A stretch of 64,000 nucleotides of DNA from Candidatus Eiseniibacteriota bacterium (GCA_963792585.1 CAWBWI010000001.1:1953743-2017742), one strand, 5' to 3'. Shown: positions 10,125 to 20,257, counted from the first letter of the stretch. Numbers and translations: made by a program. Notes: generated by a model from the sequence alone, not told the origin.

Positions 10125-11777
10125 CTAGGCGTCGCGGTCCGTATCCGGCTCGGACAGATCGACCGGGCCGATCCCATCCGACATACCGATCCGACCCTCG
10201 GGGGCTATCCGCCGCATCGGCTCAGAGGACTCGGCAGTCGGCTCGCCCGCGACATCTCCACCGATGCTGCTCCCCAGACCCTTGTGGGAACGGTTCTCGC
10301 GCGGCTTCGAATGCTTACCCCTGCGGCCGGCGAGAACGGGCTTCTTGATCCGCCCGAATTCGGCCACCGGCTGAGGCGTTGATGTCCGAGGTTCCGTCGC
10401 CGGCCGATCGGAGAATCCGGAGATGCGGTCGATCGGCTCCTGATCATCGACGGGACCGATAGGTCCGATCGGACCCTCGGACGCGTGATGCTCGGGAGGC
10501 TGGTACGAACGCGGCTCGGGCGGCTGGTATGCGCGCGGCTCAGGCGGTTGGTATGCACGCGGCTCGGCCGGCTCGAATGCGCGAGGCTCACTGGCCGCGA
10601 CCGGCTCGTACCGCGGCCGGGGCGGTGGCTCCTGCTCGCGTTCCGTGTCGGCGGGCGCAGGAGCGGGACGCTCCTCTCCATATGAAGATCCGCGCTCTTC
10701 GCGGCGCTCCCCGAAACCGCCTCTCGAACCCCCACGTCCGCCTCTGCGACGGCGTCCGCGGCTCCGGTCTCTGTCCCGGTCGCGATCCTGATCGCGCCTC
10801 TCCTCGACCGGCGCCTCGACCTCTTCGCCTTCTTCGCGCGGCGGGACGTCGGGGCGGAGCGGTCGCATCGGAGGAATCTCGACGCGCGGGCGCGGAGGTC
10901 CTCCGACGGGTCTTGGGCTCAGCCTCTCATCGATCGGCGGAGTCTCCGGGCGCTGAACCCGGGGCATGTCCTGGGGCGGTCGGTTCGGAAGGGGGACGGT
11001 ATTCGGCGGAGTCCCCGAAACGACGACGCTCAGGCCGCGACCATCGGTCGGCTCGGCAGCGGGCGGCCGGCGGCGGGGTCTGTCCAGTCGGTCCCCACGT
11101 TCGTGACGGTCGCCGCGCTCCGGGCGTTCTCCCCGCAAGGGGCGATCACCGCGCTCCACACGATCGGGTCGTTCCGGTCGATCGGGACGATCCCGGCGCT
11201 CCGGGCGCTCTCCCGGACGCTCTGGGGCGCCCGCCCGGACGGGGGCGGAAGCATCCCGCGGGGGCCGACTCCCGCGGGGGCCTTCACTTCGACGGCCTTC
11301 GCGACTGCCCCGCCCACGCCGGCGATCCAGGTCCCGTTCCCCACGACGAGTGTCCCGATCGCGGCCCACGCCCCGCCGAAGGGGCTGTCTCTGGTCTCTG
11401 GAGGCCGGGATCCGCAGGTCGGTGATCACGGAGGGAGCGTTCATGGCGAGGAGGCCGACGATGCCAAGCAGAAGCCCGGCAGCGGCAACGCCAAGGGACG
11501 GAAGGGAATGAAAACCGCCCGCGGCAAAGGTGCCCAGGCCGACGACGGCGGTCGCGGAGCCGAGGGTGATCGAGAGGGGATAAGCCTCCTGCTTCTCTTT
11601 CTGGATCCAGCGCATCGCAAGCCCAACGAGGGCGGCCGCTCCAATGGCGGCAAGTGCGAGCGTCACCATCAGGGGGTTGCGTTCGCCCCCCCTGGAGAAG
11701 GCGGCCATGGCCCAGCCGGCCACGGCCAGATCGACAACCCCGGAGATAACAAGGGTCGTGACGAGAAATGAGTTCAT
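10125..11777 (-). CDS. hypothetical membrane protein: four N-terminal TM helices plus long Arg/Pro/Glu-rich disordered tail
   Basis: 550-aa ORF with upstream AGAGGA; hydrophobic N-terminal 110 aa, then low-complexity repeats. Confidence 0.7.
   Translation of the reverse strand: MNSFLVTTLVISGVVDLAVAGWAMAAFSRGGERNPLMVTLALAAIGAAALVGLAMRWIQKEKQEAYPLSITLGSATAVVGLGTFAAGGFHSLPSLGVAAAGLLLGIVGLLAMNAPSVITDLRIPASRDQRQPLRRGVGRDRDTRRGERDLDRRRGRGSREGRRSEGPRGSRPPRDASAPVRAGAPERPGERPERRDRPDRPERPDRVERGDRPLRGERPERGDRHERGDRLDRPRRRPPAAEPTDGRGLSVVVSGTPPNTVPLPNRPPQDMPRVQRPETPPIDERLSPRPVGGPPRPRVEIPPMRPLRPDVPPREEGEEVEAPVEERRDQDRDRDRDRSRGRRRRGGRGGSRGGFGERREERGSSYGEERPAPAPADTEREQEPPPRPRYEPVAASEPRAFEPAEPRAYQPPEPRAYQPPEPRSYQPPEHHASEGPIGPIGPVDDQEPIDRISGFSDRPATEPRTSTPQPVAEFGRIKKPVLAGRRGKHSKPRENRSHKGLGSSIGGDVAGEPTAESSEPMRRIAPEGRIGMSDGIGPVDLSEPDTDRDA
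10490..10590 (-). repeat. 24-bp coding tandem repeat (EPRAYQPP-type, about 4 copies)
   Basis: EPRAFEPA-EPRAYQPP-EPRAYQPP-EPRSYQPP in the translation, with matching 24-nt DNA units. Confidence 0.85.
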
Positions 11778-11863
11778 TGAATCCTCTTACGTTCGTTCGC
11801 AGACCATGAACATCCGTCATGGTTCTCGGGATGCGCGGTCTGAGCAGATGTGTTGTCGCTTCA

Positions 11864-11893
11864 ATGTAGGCCAGGCATCGAAGGGCTGTCAAC
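11864..11893 (-). promoter_or_regulatory. putative sigma70 promoter of the 10125..11777 gene
   Basis: Minus strand TTGACA-N18-TACATT. Confidence 0.45.
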
Positions 11894-12069
11894 GACAGGC
11901 ACCCCCCCTCCGGGGCCCCGGGAGGCTCAAACCTCTATTTACCTGTCAGACAAGCCGATCTATCATGAGGCGATTTCAGCCGGAACGCCATTTCCAGGGC
12001 CCAGGTCCTTTGGGACCGCCCCCGACTTGACCGGCCTCGTGAGGGGCTGAGGGAGGAGTGCGCCGCGTC

Positions 12070-12486
12070 ATGAGCAAGGGGAAAATTCTGTTGGTCGACG
12101 ACGATCCGGATCTCGTCGAGGCGATGCGTCTGGTGCTGGAGGGGAACGGGTACGACTGCGTCCACGCATCGAACGGGACGCGCGCCTTGGAGGCTCTCCC
12201 CAAGGAGAAGCCTGATCTGATGGTCCTGGACGTGATGATGGACGACCTCACCGAGGGCTTCCACGTTGCCTATAAGATCCGCAAGCCGGAGCCGGGGCTC
12301 GAGGCGTTCCAGCACATGCCGATCATCATGTTGACGGCGATCGGGTCGAGGACCGGAATGAAGTTCGATCTCGCGGCTGATGCCGACTACCTTCCTGTCG
12401 AGGAATTCCTCGAGAAACCGGTCCAGCCGAAGGAGCTGCTCGCGAAGGTCGAGGAGCTATTGAGCAAGGTCCGAGGAGGGCGTTGA
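12070..12486 (+). CDS. single-domain response regulator (receiver only)
   Basis: ILLVDDD, VLDVMM, IIMLTA, EKPV; no output domain. Confidence 0.92.
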   Translation: MSKGKILLVDDDPDLVEAMRLVLEGNGYDCVHASNGTRALEALPKEKPDLMVLDVMMDDLTEGFHVAYKIRKPEPGLEAFQHMPIIMLTAIGSRTGMKFDLAADADYLPVEEFLEKPVQPKELLAKVEELLSKVRGGR

Positions 12487-12500
12487 GCCACCGCTAAACG

Positions 12501-13751
12501 ATGCAGGCGCTCGGGTGGTTGATCGCGGCGGGGTTCGCCGTCGCGATCCTTTGGCTCGTTGTCCTGGCAAGTCGCGCGCGCGCGCGGCGCGCCGAGGCCC
12601 TGCTTCTACTCACCCGCCTCGAACAGGAACAAAACAGGATGCTGCAGGGGCTGATCCTCGCGCAGGAGGCGGCCTCCAGAATTCTCACGCCCGGCGAGCT
12701 GGCGGGAACTGTCGGGAGGATCGCGCGTGAGGCGGTCGACCTGCTCGGGGTGGAGGGCGCCTGTGTCTTCGTGAGGCCGCCGGAAGGGACCGACGAGCCG
12801 ACCGATCTGTGCGCGGGGCATTTTCCGGACGGGATGGCGGACCCGAGCCTCCCCACTTCAGAGACGGACGTCGTGCCCGGATTCGGCTCGATTCTCACCA
12901 TCCCCATCCGCCTCGGCACCGACGTCCTCGGGGAATTCCGTTTGGCGGAGAAGGCGGGAAGGACGCTGAACGTCCGCGAAATCCACGTCGCGCAGCTGCT
13001 CGCCCAGCTGATCGCAATCGCCGCGCAGTACCGGATCCAGCGGAACGCGATCGAGCGGGCGGAGGAGGACAAACGCCGGTTCATCCTCGCGACGACGCAC
13101 GACCTCCGCGCGCCGGTGACGACGATCGAGCAGCTCGCACAGACGATGCGGGAAGGATATGCGGGCGAAATTCCCGAGAAGCCGCGCGAGTTGATCGAGA
13201 AGATTCACGGCCGGGCGGAACAGCTTCTGGAATTGCTGGGAGATCTTCTCAACCTGGCTGCGGAGCAGCAGGACATCGGCGTGATGCGCGAGAAGGTCCC
13301 CGTGTCGCTGTCGGCGATCTTCGATGCGCAGATCGAGGCGGCGCGCGTTGCGTGCGAGGCGCGTGGCATCGAGCTGTCGGCGCACCGTCCGGGAATCGCG
13401 CTCACCCGCATGGCCGCCAAAGGGGACCTGGAGAAGATCCTGTCCAACCTGCTCTCGAACGCCGCGAAGTACACGCTGCCGGGGGGACGGATCGACGCTC
13501 GACTCGAGGACTCCCCCGGCGGGATCCTCTTCCGGGTCAAAGACACGGGAATCGGAATCCCGAAGGATGCGATCCCGAAGCTGTTCACGGAGTACTTCCG
13601 CGCCACGAACGCGCGGGAGATGGAGCGGCATGGGACGGGCCTCGGCCTCGCGCTCGTGCAGCGCCTTGTACGGAAGTACGGCGGGAGGATCCGCGTCGAT
13701 AGCGTCCTCCACCGCGGAACGCTGGTGGAGGTCCTGCTCCCGCCGGAATGA
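12501..13751 (+). CDS. sensor histidine kinase (TM, GAF-like, HisKA, HATPase)
   Basis: THDLRAP, NLLSNAAKYT, DTGIGI, GTGLGL. Confidence 0.93.
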   Translation: MQALGWLIAAGFAVAILWLVVLASRARARRAEALLLLTRLEQEQNRMLQGLILAQEAASRILTPGELAGTVGRIAREAVDLLGVEGACVFVRPPEGTDEPTDLCAGHFPDGMADPSLPTSETDVVPGFGSILTIPIRLGTDVLGEFRLAEKAGRTLNVREIHVAQLLAQLIAIAAQYRIQRNAIERAEEDKRRFILATTHDLRAPVTTIEQLAQTMREGYAGEIPEKPRELIEKIHGRAEQLLELLGDLLNLAAEQQDIGVMREKVPVSLSAIFDAQIEAARVACEARGIELSAHRPGIALTRMAAKGDLEKILSNLLSNAAKYTLPGGRIDARLEDSPGGILFRVKDTGIGIPKDAIPKLFTEYFRATNAREMERHGTGLGLALVQRLVRKYGGRIRVDSVLHRGTLVEVLLPPE

Positions 13752-13773
13752 GCGGGGCTAGAAAGGTCGAGTC

Positions 13774-14253
13774 GTGAAGGCGGAACGGATGAAGATCGGC
13801 GGCGTGCTCGTCTCGCAGAAGGTCGGGATGGTCTCGATCGAAGGCACCCCGAACACGCCCGGAATCGCGGGGATGGTGCTCGAGTCGCTCGGCACGGCCG
13901 GAATCAGCGTCGAGTTCATCTCGTGCTGCCCCGACCTGGGAGGCGGCGCCACGATCTCCGTCTGCGTGGAGATGGCGAGCTTCGATGAAGCGCTCGACAG
14001 GATCGAGGAGATCCGCGCCGACGTCGACGCGAAGAAGGTCGTCACCAACGAGGACCTCTGCGCCCTAGCCGTCTTCGGCCCTCACTTCCGGGAGATCCCG
14101 AACGTCGCCTCTCAGGTCTTCAAGGCCTTGGCCGAGGTCGGGATCAACATTCTCGCGATCTCGACCTCGGTCTCGTCAGTCACGTGCGTCTTCAAGCAGG
14201 ACAAGCTGTCCGAGGGCCTCGCCTCGTTGCGCGGCCGCTTCGAGATCCCCTAG
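13774..14253 (+). CDS. tandem ACT-domain protein (aspartokinase regulatory-subunit-like)
   Basis: PNTPGIAGMVLESL and PNVASQVFKALAEVGINILAISTS resemble aspartokinase C-terminal ACT domains; no kinase domain. Confidence 0.8.
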   Translation: MKAERMKIGGVLVSQKVGMVSIEGTPNTPGIAGMVLESLGTAGISVEFISCCPDLGGGATISVCVEMASFDEALDRIEEIRADVDAKKVVTNEDLCALAVFGPHFREIPNVASQVFKALAEVGINILAISTSVSSVTCVFKQDKLSEGLASLRGRFEIP

Positions 14254-14897
14254 CCCGTCGTCCGCAGCCCCTTGAGGAGGGTCATCATCTCATCGTGGTG
14301 CTGTTGGATCACCGCCTCCGGCCCGACCGTCTTGAAGAACCACGGCCCTCCCGGCCCCTCGACGACCGCACCAAAGAGACGCCAGCCGGGCTCGTCATAG
14401 CTCGGTCCGCCCATCCCCCCCGACTGGTAATGACCGTTGAGAGCGATGGTGGTCACCTTCAGGCCGGTGGAGGTCGCGAAGTTCTCTGTCTTCGCCTTCG
14501 ACATCGGGTCGCTGCCGTCGTCCTGCTTGAACTGGCCGGCCCAGCGCTCGAGATTCGCCTGCGTCTGTCCCCCCTGACCGGAGCCGAAGAAGAATACGGC
14601 CAGCTCGCCGTCCTTCACACCCTGGGTCCCGGACGGGATTCGATACTGCGCGGCGCGCATCTGGCTAGCGGGCTGCTCCTTGACCCAGCTGGACGGCGCG
14701 GTCCAGGCGATGCCGTTCGCCGCGTCGCCTCCCGACGGGGCGCTCTGCGACATTCCAGGCATCCCGGCAGGCTTGCTCGCGGCCGGAGTGGAATGGCTGT
14801 CGGTGGAGCCGGCGCGCTCCGTGTTCTGGCTGCAGCCGGCGAAGGCGACGATGACGACCAGCAAGAGCGCGGCCGTCGAGATCTTCAGACGGATCAT
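14250..14897 (-). CDS. hypothetical lipoprotein
   Basis: Lipobox FAGC; globular domain (MRAAQYRIP, ANLERWAGQF, WFFKTVGP). Confidence 0.75.
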   Translation of the reverse strand: MIRLKISTAALLLVVIVAFAGCSQNTERAGSTDSHSTPAASKPAGMPGMSQSAPSGGDAANGIAWTAPSSWVKEQPASQMRAAQYRIPSGTQGVKDGELAVFFFGSGQGGQTQANLERWAGQFKQDDGSDPMSKAKTENFATSTGLKVTTIALNGHYQSGGMGGPSYDEPGWRLFGAVVEGPGGPWFFKTVGPEAVIQQHHDEMMTLLKGLRTTG

Positions 14898-15103
14898 GGG
14901 ACCCTCCCCTTTCACGCGTGTCGATCGATTACGGACAACCCGGCAGTATACAGCGGACCGATGATCGGGGGGACGACAACCTCGCGCGCCTGTCGTAGGA
15001 TCGCCGCCATGGCATGGGACGGCGGCTTGCGGCGCGCGGGCGCTATGGGGTGCGAAGGCGGTTTAGGACGCGACGGCGTTTTGCGATGAGACGGGGGTCT
15101 GCG

Positions 15104-16879
15104 ATGAGACGGGACCGCGCCGCCGATCTGTTGCCGTGGCTCGCGGGGTTCCTCGCGATCGCGGCGGCGCTTCCATCCCTCGGTGGCACCTTCGTCTGGG
15201 ACGACCGCTGGCTGATTCTCCAGAGCCCGCTCCGGCACGATCCCGGGCTTCTCCCCCGCCTGTTGATCGAGGGTCATGGCTGGGGAACGATGACCATGCC
15301 CGAAGATGCGACGGTCTACTACCGGCCGTTGGCGACCCTGTTGCACGGCATCATGATCCTCATCTTCGGCCCGAACCCTCTGCCGTTCCGGGTGGTGTCG
15401 ATCGGCCTCCACGCGGCCTCGAGCGTCGTCCTGGGCCTCTTCCTCGCGCGACGGGCGCCGCGGGCCGCCGCTGCGGCCCTGGTCTTCGCCGTCCACCCCG
15501 CGCTCGCTGATGCTTTCGGGTGGATCTCGGCCGCACCGGATCTCCTCGCGGCGGGATTCCTGATTTCGACACTGATCCTGTTGGATCGCGGGCGCGGGGC
15601 GCTCGCAGCGCTCTGCTGGTTTCTTGGATTGATGTCCAAGGAATCGGCGATCGTTGGTGCGCTGTGGATTCCGCTGCTGACGATCTGCGGCGTCATCGAG
15701 CGGCCCGGACGCCGGAGCTGGATCGCGCTCGGCGCGGCCCTCGGCCTCTATCTCGCGGCGCGCGGTCTCACGGTCGGTTTCGAACGGGGCGCGGTCGAAT
15801 ATCCCGCGGGGGTCGCGGCGAGCGGGCTGGTGTTGACCGGACGGCTGTTCATCGCGGATGTCTTCCGGCTCCTCGTCCCCGTACGGCTCACGCTCGAGGC
15901 GCCGGTGTGGGTGACCGCGCGCGGGAGCGGCGCGGGCGGTATCGCGGGGATCATCGTGATGATCGCCCTCGCGGGAGGGGCGTGGGCTCTTCTGCGCCGG
16001 ACCGGGGGCGCTGTGCGCGGCCTCGCGCTCGCCTATCTCCTGTGCCTCACCGCCCTCTTGCCCGTCATGCAGATCGTCCCTACGAATGACATCTTCGGCG
16101 GCCGCTTCCTCGTTCTGCCCGCGATGGGGCTGTGCATGGGCGCGGGGCTCGCGATCGCCTGGATCCGCGGTCCCATACCGCGCGCGGTCGTCGTCGCCTT
16201 CGCTGCCTTGATCCTCCTGATGGGCGTGCGCACGGGACTGCGCGCGGGAGAGTGGGTGAACGAGGAGCGGCTCTTCGGCGGGGAATTCCGTCGCCAGCCA
16301 GACTCCATCCGGGCGAGGTTGAGCTGGGCGAGCTATCTCATCGGCGCTGGCCGGATCGCCGAAGCGGCGCCGGTCATCGAGGGAACGCGCGCGCTTCTGC
16401 CCGATCATCCCAGGGTTCGCTACCAACAGGCGCTCCTGTGGATGAACCAGGGACGCGTCGGCGAGGCGGAAGCGACGTTTCGCGATCTTCTGACGAACTG
16501 GAAGCGGACACCCACGCTGCTCGCGAACCTCGCGGGCTGCCAGATGCGACTCGGCAGGATCGAGGAAGGCCTCGCCACGCTCGATGAGGCGACGCGCGTT
16601 TCCGCGCCGACTCCGGGGATGCGAAACAACCGCGGCATCGCGTTGATGCGCCTGGGGCGCCTGGGCGAAGCCCGGCGGGAGTTCGAGGCGGCCATAGCCG
16701 AGGATCCCAGCTACGCGCCCGCGCGCGTGAACCTGATCTTCCTGCTCGCGCGCGACCGCGACACCCAGCCCGCCGCGCGGGGCGCCGCCGATGAGTTCCT
16801 GCGCCTGTTCCCCGACGCGCCGGAGGCCGCACGCGTGCGCGCCCTGGTGGACACGCTCGGGATGGGTGGGAAGCGTTAG
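15104..16879 (+). CDS. TMTC-like membrane glycosyltransferase (GT-C fold) with C-terminal TPRs
   Basis: FVWDD, YYRPL, FAVHP, LMSKESA, RFLVLP, then TPR repeats. Confidence 0.8.
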   Translation: MRRDRAADLLPWLAGFLAIAAALPSLGGTFVWDDRWLILQSPLRHDPGLLPRLLIEGHGWGTMTMPEDATVYYRPLATLLHGIMILIFGPNPLPFRVVSIGLHAASSVVLGLFLARRAPRAAAAALVFAVHPALADAFGWISAAPDLLAAGFLISTLILLDRGRGALAALCWFLGLMSKESAIVGALWIPLLTICGVIERPGRRSWIALGAALGLYLAARGLTVGFERGAVEYPAGVAASGLVLTGRLFIADVFRLLVPVRLTLEAPVWVTARGSGAGGIAGIIVMIALAGGAWALLRRTGGAVRGLALAYLLCLTALLPVMQIVPTNDIFGGRFLVLPAMGLCMGAGLAIAWIRGPIPRAVVVAFAALILLMGVRTGLRAGEWVNEERLFGGEFRRQPDSIRARLSWASYLIGAGRIAEAAPVIEGTRALLPDHPRVRYQQALLWMNQGRVGEAEATFRDLLTNWKRTPTLLANLAGCQMRLGRIEEGLATLDEATRVSAPTPGMRNNRGIALMRLGRLGEARREFEAAIAEDPSYAPARVNLIFLLARDRDTQPAARGAADEFLRLFPDAPEAARVRALVDTLGMGGKR

Positions 16880-17808
16880 CGCTTACCGAGGTTCCTGAGG
16901 AGTTCCCCGAGCAAGCGTTCCTGCGCTGCGTAAGGCATCTCTCCGTGAACGCCGGCGACGAATCGACCCTGGGCGACGGCCGTTCCCCTTCCTTTCTCGG
17001 ATTCCAGGAAGCGCAACCCCGCAGGTTGGATCGCCGGCACTCCCCGGTCGATCGTTTCGCGCTTCGCGTGGTGGGCTCGCAGGCGGGCGATCGCCTCGGT
17101 GGCGGCCGCCGCCGTCCCGGCGTCGCAGAAGAAGAGCTCTCCCTGCGTGCCGTCGGTCTCGTAGGTCGCCAGGATCCCTCCGCGCAGGAACGCGTGCCCG
17201 AGCAGGTCGAGGGGCACATAGCGTTCGCTCTGAGGCAGGAGACCATCCTTCGGTAGTGGATCGATGATGGGTGGAAGAGAACCTCCTCCCGCCGAGCCGG
17301 CACAAACGTGCGCCACAAGATGTTCCATCATGTCGACCAGAACCGGACGGTCATCGTCCACCTCCGCATGAATGAAGAGGCCTCTTTTCCACGCCGCCGC
17401 CAGGGTGCCGGAGCGACGTCCCTCGACGCCCCAGTCACGGCGAGCGGCCGCGGTGGTCAGTCCGCTCCGGTAGATCCCGAACGCGCCCAGATCGCTCCCC
17501 ATGTCGAAGAGATCGAGGGTTACGCAGGCAAGAGAGTCCACCCCCAAGCGGTAGCGCACGTGAGCGAGGGCTCGGAATCCGTAGGACAGATATCTCTCGG
17601 CCCCGCCGTCCATGTACTCGAAGAGATCGTCGGGGCCGTACCCGACGGGTCCTTCGGCGACCGCCCACCCCCGGAGCGCGGAAGCTGGTGGAAGGAGCGC
17701 CGCAAGGTCGTCGGCGGCCGGCGCAGGCCACGCGGGACCCGCCGCGAGGGCGAGCAGCATCACGGCGGCGGCAACGGAGCGCGCGATGGGAGCGGCCATC
17801 GTCCTCAT
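16876..17808 (-). CDS. secreted DUF6599-like protein
   Basis: Signal peptide; DLFEYMDGGAERYLSYGF, DLFDMGS..GAFGIY; ATGA overlap with upstream AKR stop. Confidence 0.7.
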   Translation of the reverse strand: MRTMAAPIARSVAAAVMLLALAAGPAWPAPAADDLAALLPPASALRGWAVAEGPVGYGPDDLFEYMDGGAERYLSYGFRALAHVRYRLGVDSLACVTLDLFDMGSDLGAFGIYRSGLTTAAARRDWGVEGRRSGTLAAAWKRGLFIHAEVDDDRPVLVDMMEHLVAHVCAGSAGGGSLPPIIDPLPKDGLLPQSERYVPLDLLGHAFLRGGILATYETDGTQGELFFCDAGTAAAATEAIARLRAHHAKRETIDRGVPAIQPAGLRFLESEKGRGTAVAQGRFVAGVHGEMPYAAQERLLGELLRNLGKR

Positions 17809-18995
17809 GCTCCTGCGGAGCCGAGAAGCCGGTGGGCTTCGACCAGTTCGGTGCGCACGCGCCGGCCGAAGGGACACGCCGCGTCGCATGGACCCGCGCA
17901 TGCGGTGCAGGGGGCGGCCGATCCGCTGCGGGCGAGGGAGCGATACCGGCGCGTTCCGTCCTCGGCCATGTCGTAGTACTTGGAGTACATCGCGTAGCGC
18001 ATCACGTCGGCCACCGCGACCCCGTTCGGACAGACCCCCTCGCAGGACTTACAGAACCGGCAGTACTGATCGCGCACCGCATCGCGATATCGGGCAAGCA
18101 TGGCCTCCTCGGCCCGCGTCGGCATTGACCCCACGGCGGCAATGCACTCCTCCAGGCGATCGAAGTTGGTGATCGTGACCGCGACACTCGAGAGATCCGC
18201 GTTGGTGAGCGCCCACTTCACCGCGGCTTGGCGGAGAGACAATCCACCGGCCTCGAGGTCCGGAACGTCCTTCTGACGGTTGCCCGCGTTCGTCTTGAAA
18301 ACGACGGTGCCGATTCCCCGTTGGGCGGCCCGATGAAGAATCTCCGCTTGATCGGGATACGAGACGAAGTCGTACTTGGTGAGGAAGACCTCGAAGCGGC
18401 CGTCGTCGATGGCGGCGTTGAGGCAGCTCTGCATTCCCCCGCAGTGGCCGGACAGGCCAAGGTACCCGACCTTTCCCGCCTGTTTGGCCTCGCCGATGGC
18501 CTCGAAGAACGCATCGTGCCGCAAATCCTCGGGCGAGGAGACGTCGGACATCGCATAGATCGCGACGCGATCCGCGCGGAGGCGACGCAAGCTGGCATCG
18601 ATGCTGTTCAGGATGCTCCGGCGGGTTGCGCCGCGCCGCACCACGTTGCCCGTGATGACGACCACCCGGTCTCGGCCGCTTCCCAGCGTGGCGATCACCC
18701 TCCCGAGAGCCTCCTCCTCCCTCCCGTCCAGATACTCCCCCGAGGTGAAGAAGGTGTTGATCCCCGCGTCGAATGCCGCCTGCATCAGCGGAGGATTGTC
18801 GACCCCGTGGGCGCCGAAGGTGATCTCGGAGGCCTCGAGTCCCGTCTTGCCGAGCGGGCGGTAGCGCATCTTGGCCTCGCCCGAGCCTCTCGCCTTCCGC
18901 CGGTCTGCGGCGCAGCCCCAGACGGCCAGGCCCGAGGAGACCGCGGCCAATTGCAGGAACAGCCTTCGACCGATTCCTTTGCGGATCATCGCCAT
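17805..18995 (-). CDS. Tat-signal aldo/keto reductase-family protein with C-terminal 4Fe-4S domain
   Basis: GRRLFLQ twin-Arg; YRPLGKTGL, SLRRL, GKVGYLGLSGH; CRFCKSCEGVCP and CTACAGPCDAACP. Confidence 0.85.
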   Translation of the reverse strand: MAMIRKGIGRRLFLQLAAVSSGLAVWGCAADRRKARGSGEAKMRYRPLGKTGLEASEITFGAHGVDNPPLMQAAFDAGINTFFTSGEYLDGREEEALGRVIATLGSGRDRVVVITGNVVRRGATRRSILNSIDASLRRLRADRVAIYAMSDVSSPEDLRHDAFFEAIGEAKQAGKVGYLGLSGHCGGMQSCLNAAIDDGRFEVFLTKYDFVSYPDQAEILHRAAQRGIGTVVFKTNAGNRQKDVPDLEAGGLSLRQAAVKWALTNADLSSVAVTITNFDRLEECIAAVGSMPTRAEEAMLARYRDAVRDQYCRFCKSCEGVCPNGVAVADVMRYAMYSKYYDMAEDGTRRYRSLARSGSAAPCTACAGPCDAACPFGRRVRTELVEAHRLLGSAGA

Positions 18996-19156
18996 GGGAA
19001 ACCTCCCCCGTTGTCCAGGCGCCGGCATGTGCGACATCGGAGCCGGTGGACAGCAACAACCTTGAACCTGCCTGACGGCAGCGTCAATCATCCCGGCGGC
19101 CCGATCCATGCTTCCATCCACGTGCCGGCGGTGGCATTCGGACGAAAGGGGGACAC

Positions 19157-20257
19157 GTGGGCGATCGGGTATGGTGGGTCCTGCTCTTACTTCTCCTGCC
19201 GATCGGTTGCTCGCGCGATCGCCGAGCGTCCCACGGCGGCGTCGCGCCGCCGACGCTCGAGGTGTCGTGGCTTCATCCCTCCGACGGGGAAGCGCTCGCG
19301 GACACGGTACGGATCGAGCTGCAAACGCAGGGTGACGCGCCGGATGGAATCGTGATCGCGGCGGACGGGGTTTCGGTCGCGACAATTGAAGAGCCGCCGT
19401 GGGGGTTCTCGTGGCTTCCCGAGGGTGGGTCGCGGCGGATCGCGCTCACCGCCCACGCGGGCGCGGTCTCAGCCGGGCCGATCGAGATCGACTGGTCGCC
19501 GAATGAAGCGCCCGCCGTCACAATTCGTCTCCCCCGCGGCGCCCGCGGGGTCGATCGCGGATCTCCCGACTCCCTGCGGGCCGACGTCGTCGATCCTGAG
19601 GACGGGCGGCTTCGCGGCACCGCGATCGTGTGGATGTCGGACGTGCAGGGACGACTCGGCTCCGGCGAAGCGATCCCCACGCGTTGTCTGGTCGAAGGCC
19701 CGCACCGCATCCGCGTCGCGGCCACGGATCGGTGGTTGCGCACCGGCTCCGCCGAGGTTGAAATTGAAGCCTTCGCCTACAGCGACGGATCGACGCCCGA
19801 GGGAACGCTCGAAGATGTCTGGCACGCCTGGCTCGCGGCCGATCCGGAGGCATACGCTCGACTGCTCGCGCCCTCCTATCGATTCCTCTTCTGTCCCTTC
19901 GATCGGGAGGGGGATCCGACAATGCCCGTCGACTGGGATCGCGAGGACGAGCTTTCGTTCTTCCGTTCCCTCGCGAGCGCGCCGGGATCGATCGAGCGGG
20001 TCGCGTGGGAAATCGGCTCCGTCCAGGAGGCTCTCATCGACGGCCGCAGGATGGCGAAGGCGGAGATCGAGGGGATCGAGATTCGGGCGATCGTCGCCGA
20101 GGGAGAATCGCTCCGTGTGATCGGCGGGCGCGCCTGCGTCTACTTGGCCCGCGTTGCGCTCGGCGAGCCATGGACGATCGAACAGTGGAGGGACCGGGGT
20201 GGGGATACTGCGGACACGCAAGGGGAGCTACGCGTGGAGGTTCGCCGTCGTCGGTAG
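19157..20257 (+). CDS. hypothetical lipoprotein with Ig-like domains
   Basis: Lipobox-like PIGC; Ig/PKD-like segments (DPEDG..IVWMSD, GPHRIRVAATD). Confidence 0.7.
   Translation: MGDRVWWVLLLLLLPIGCSRDRRASHGGVAPPTLEVSWLHPSDGEALADTVRIELQTQGDAPDGIVIAADGVSVATIEEPPWGFSWLPEGGSRRIALTAHAGAVSAGPIEIDWSPNEAPAVTIRLPRGARGVDRGSPDSLRADVVDPEDGRLRGTAIVWMSDVQGRLGSGEAIPTRCLVEGPHRIRVAATDRWLRTGSAEVEIEAFAYSDGSTPEGTLEDVWHAWLAADPEAYARLLAPSYRFLFCPFDREGDPTMPVDWDREDELSFFRSLASAPGSIERVAWEIGSVQEALIDGRRMAKAEIEGIEIRAIVAEGESLRVIGGRACVYLARVALGEPWTIEQWRDRGGDTADTQGELRVEVRRRR

Noticed and set aside
10490..11220. Short tandem repeats as a possible CRISPR array
   Set aside because: In-frame coding repeats without unique spacers; no cas genes.
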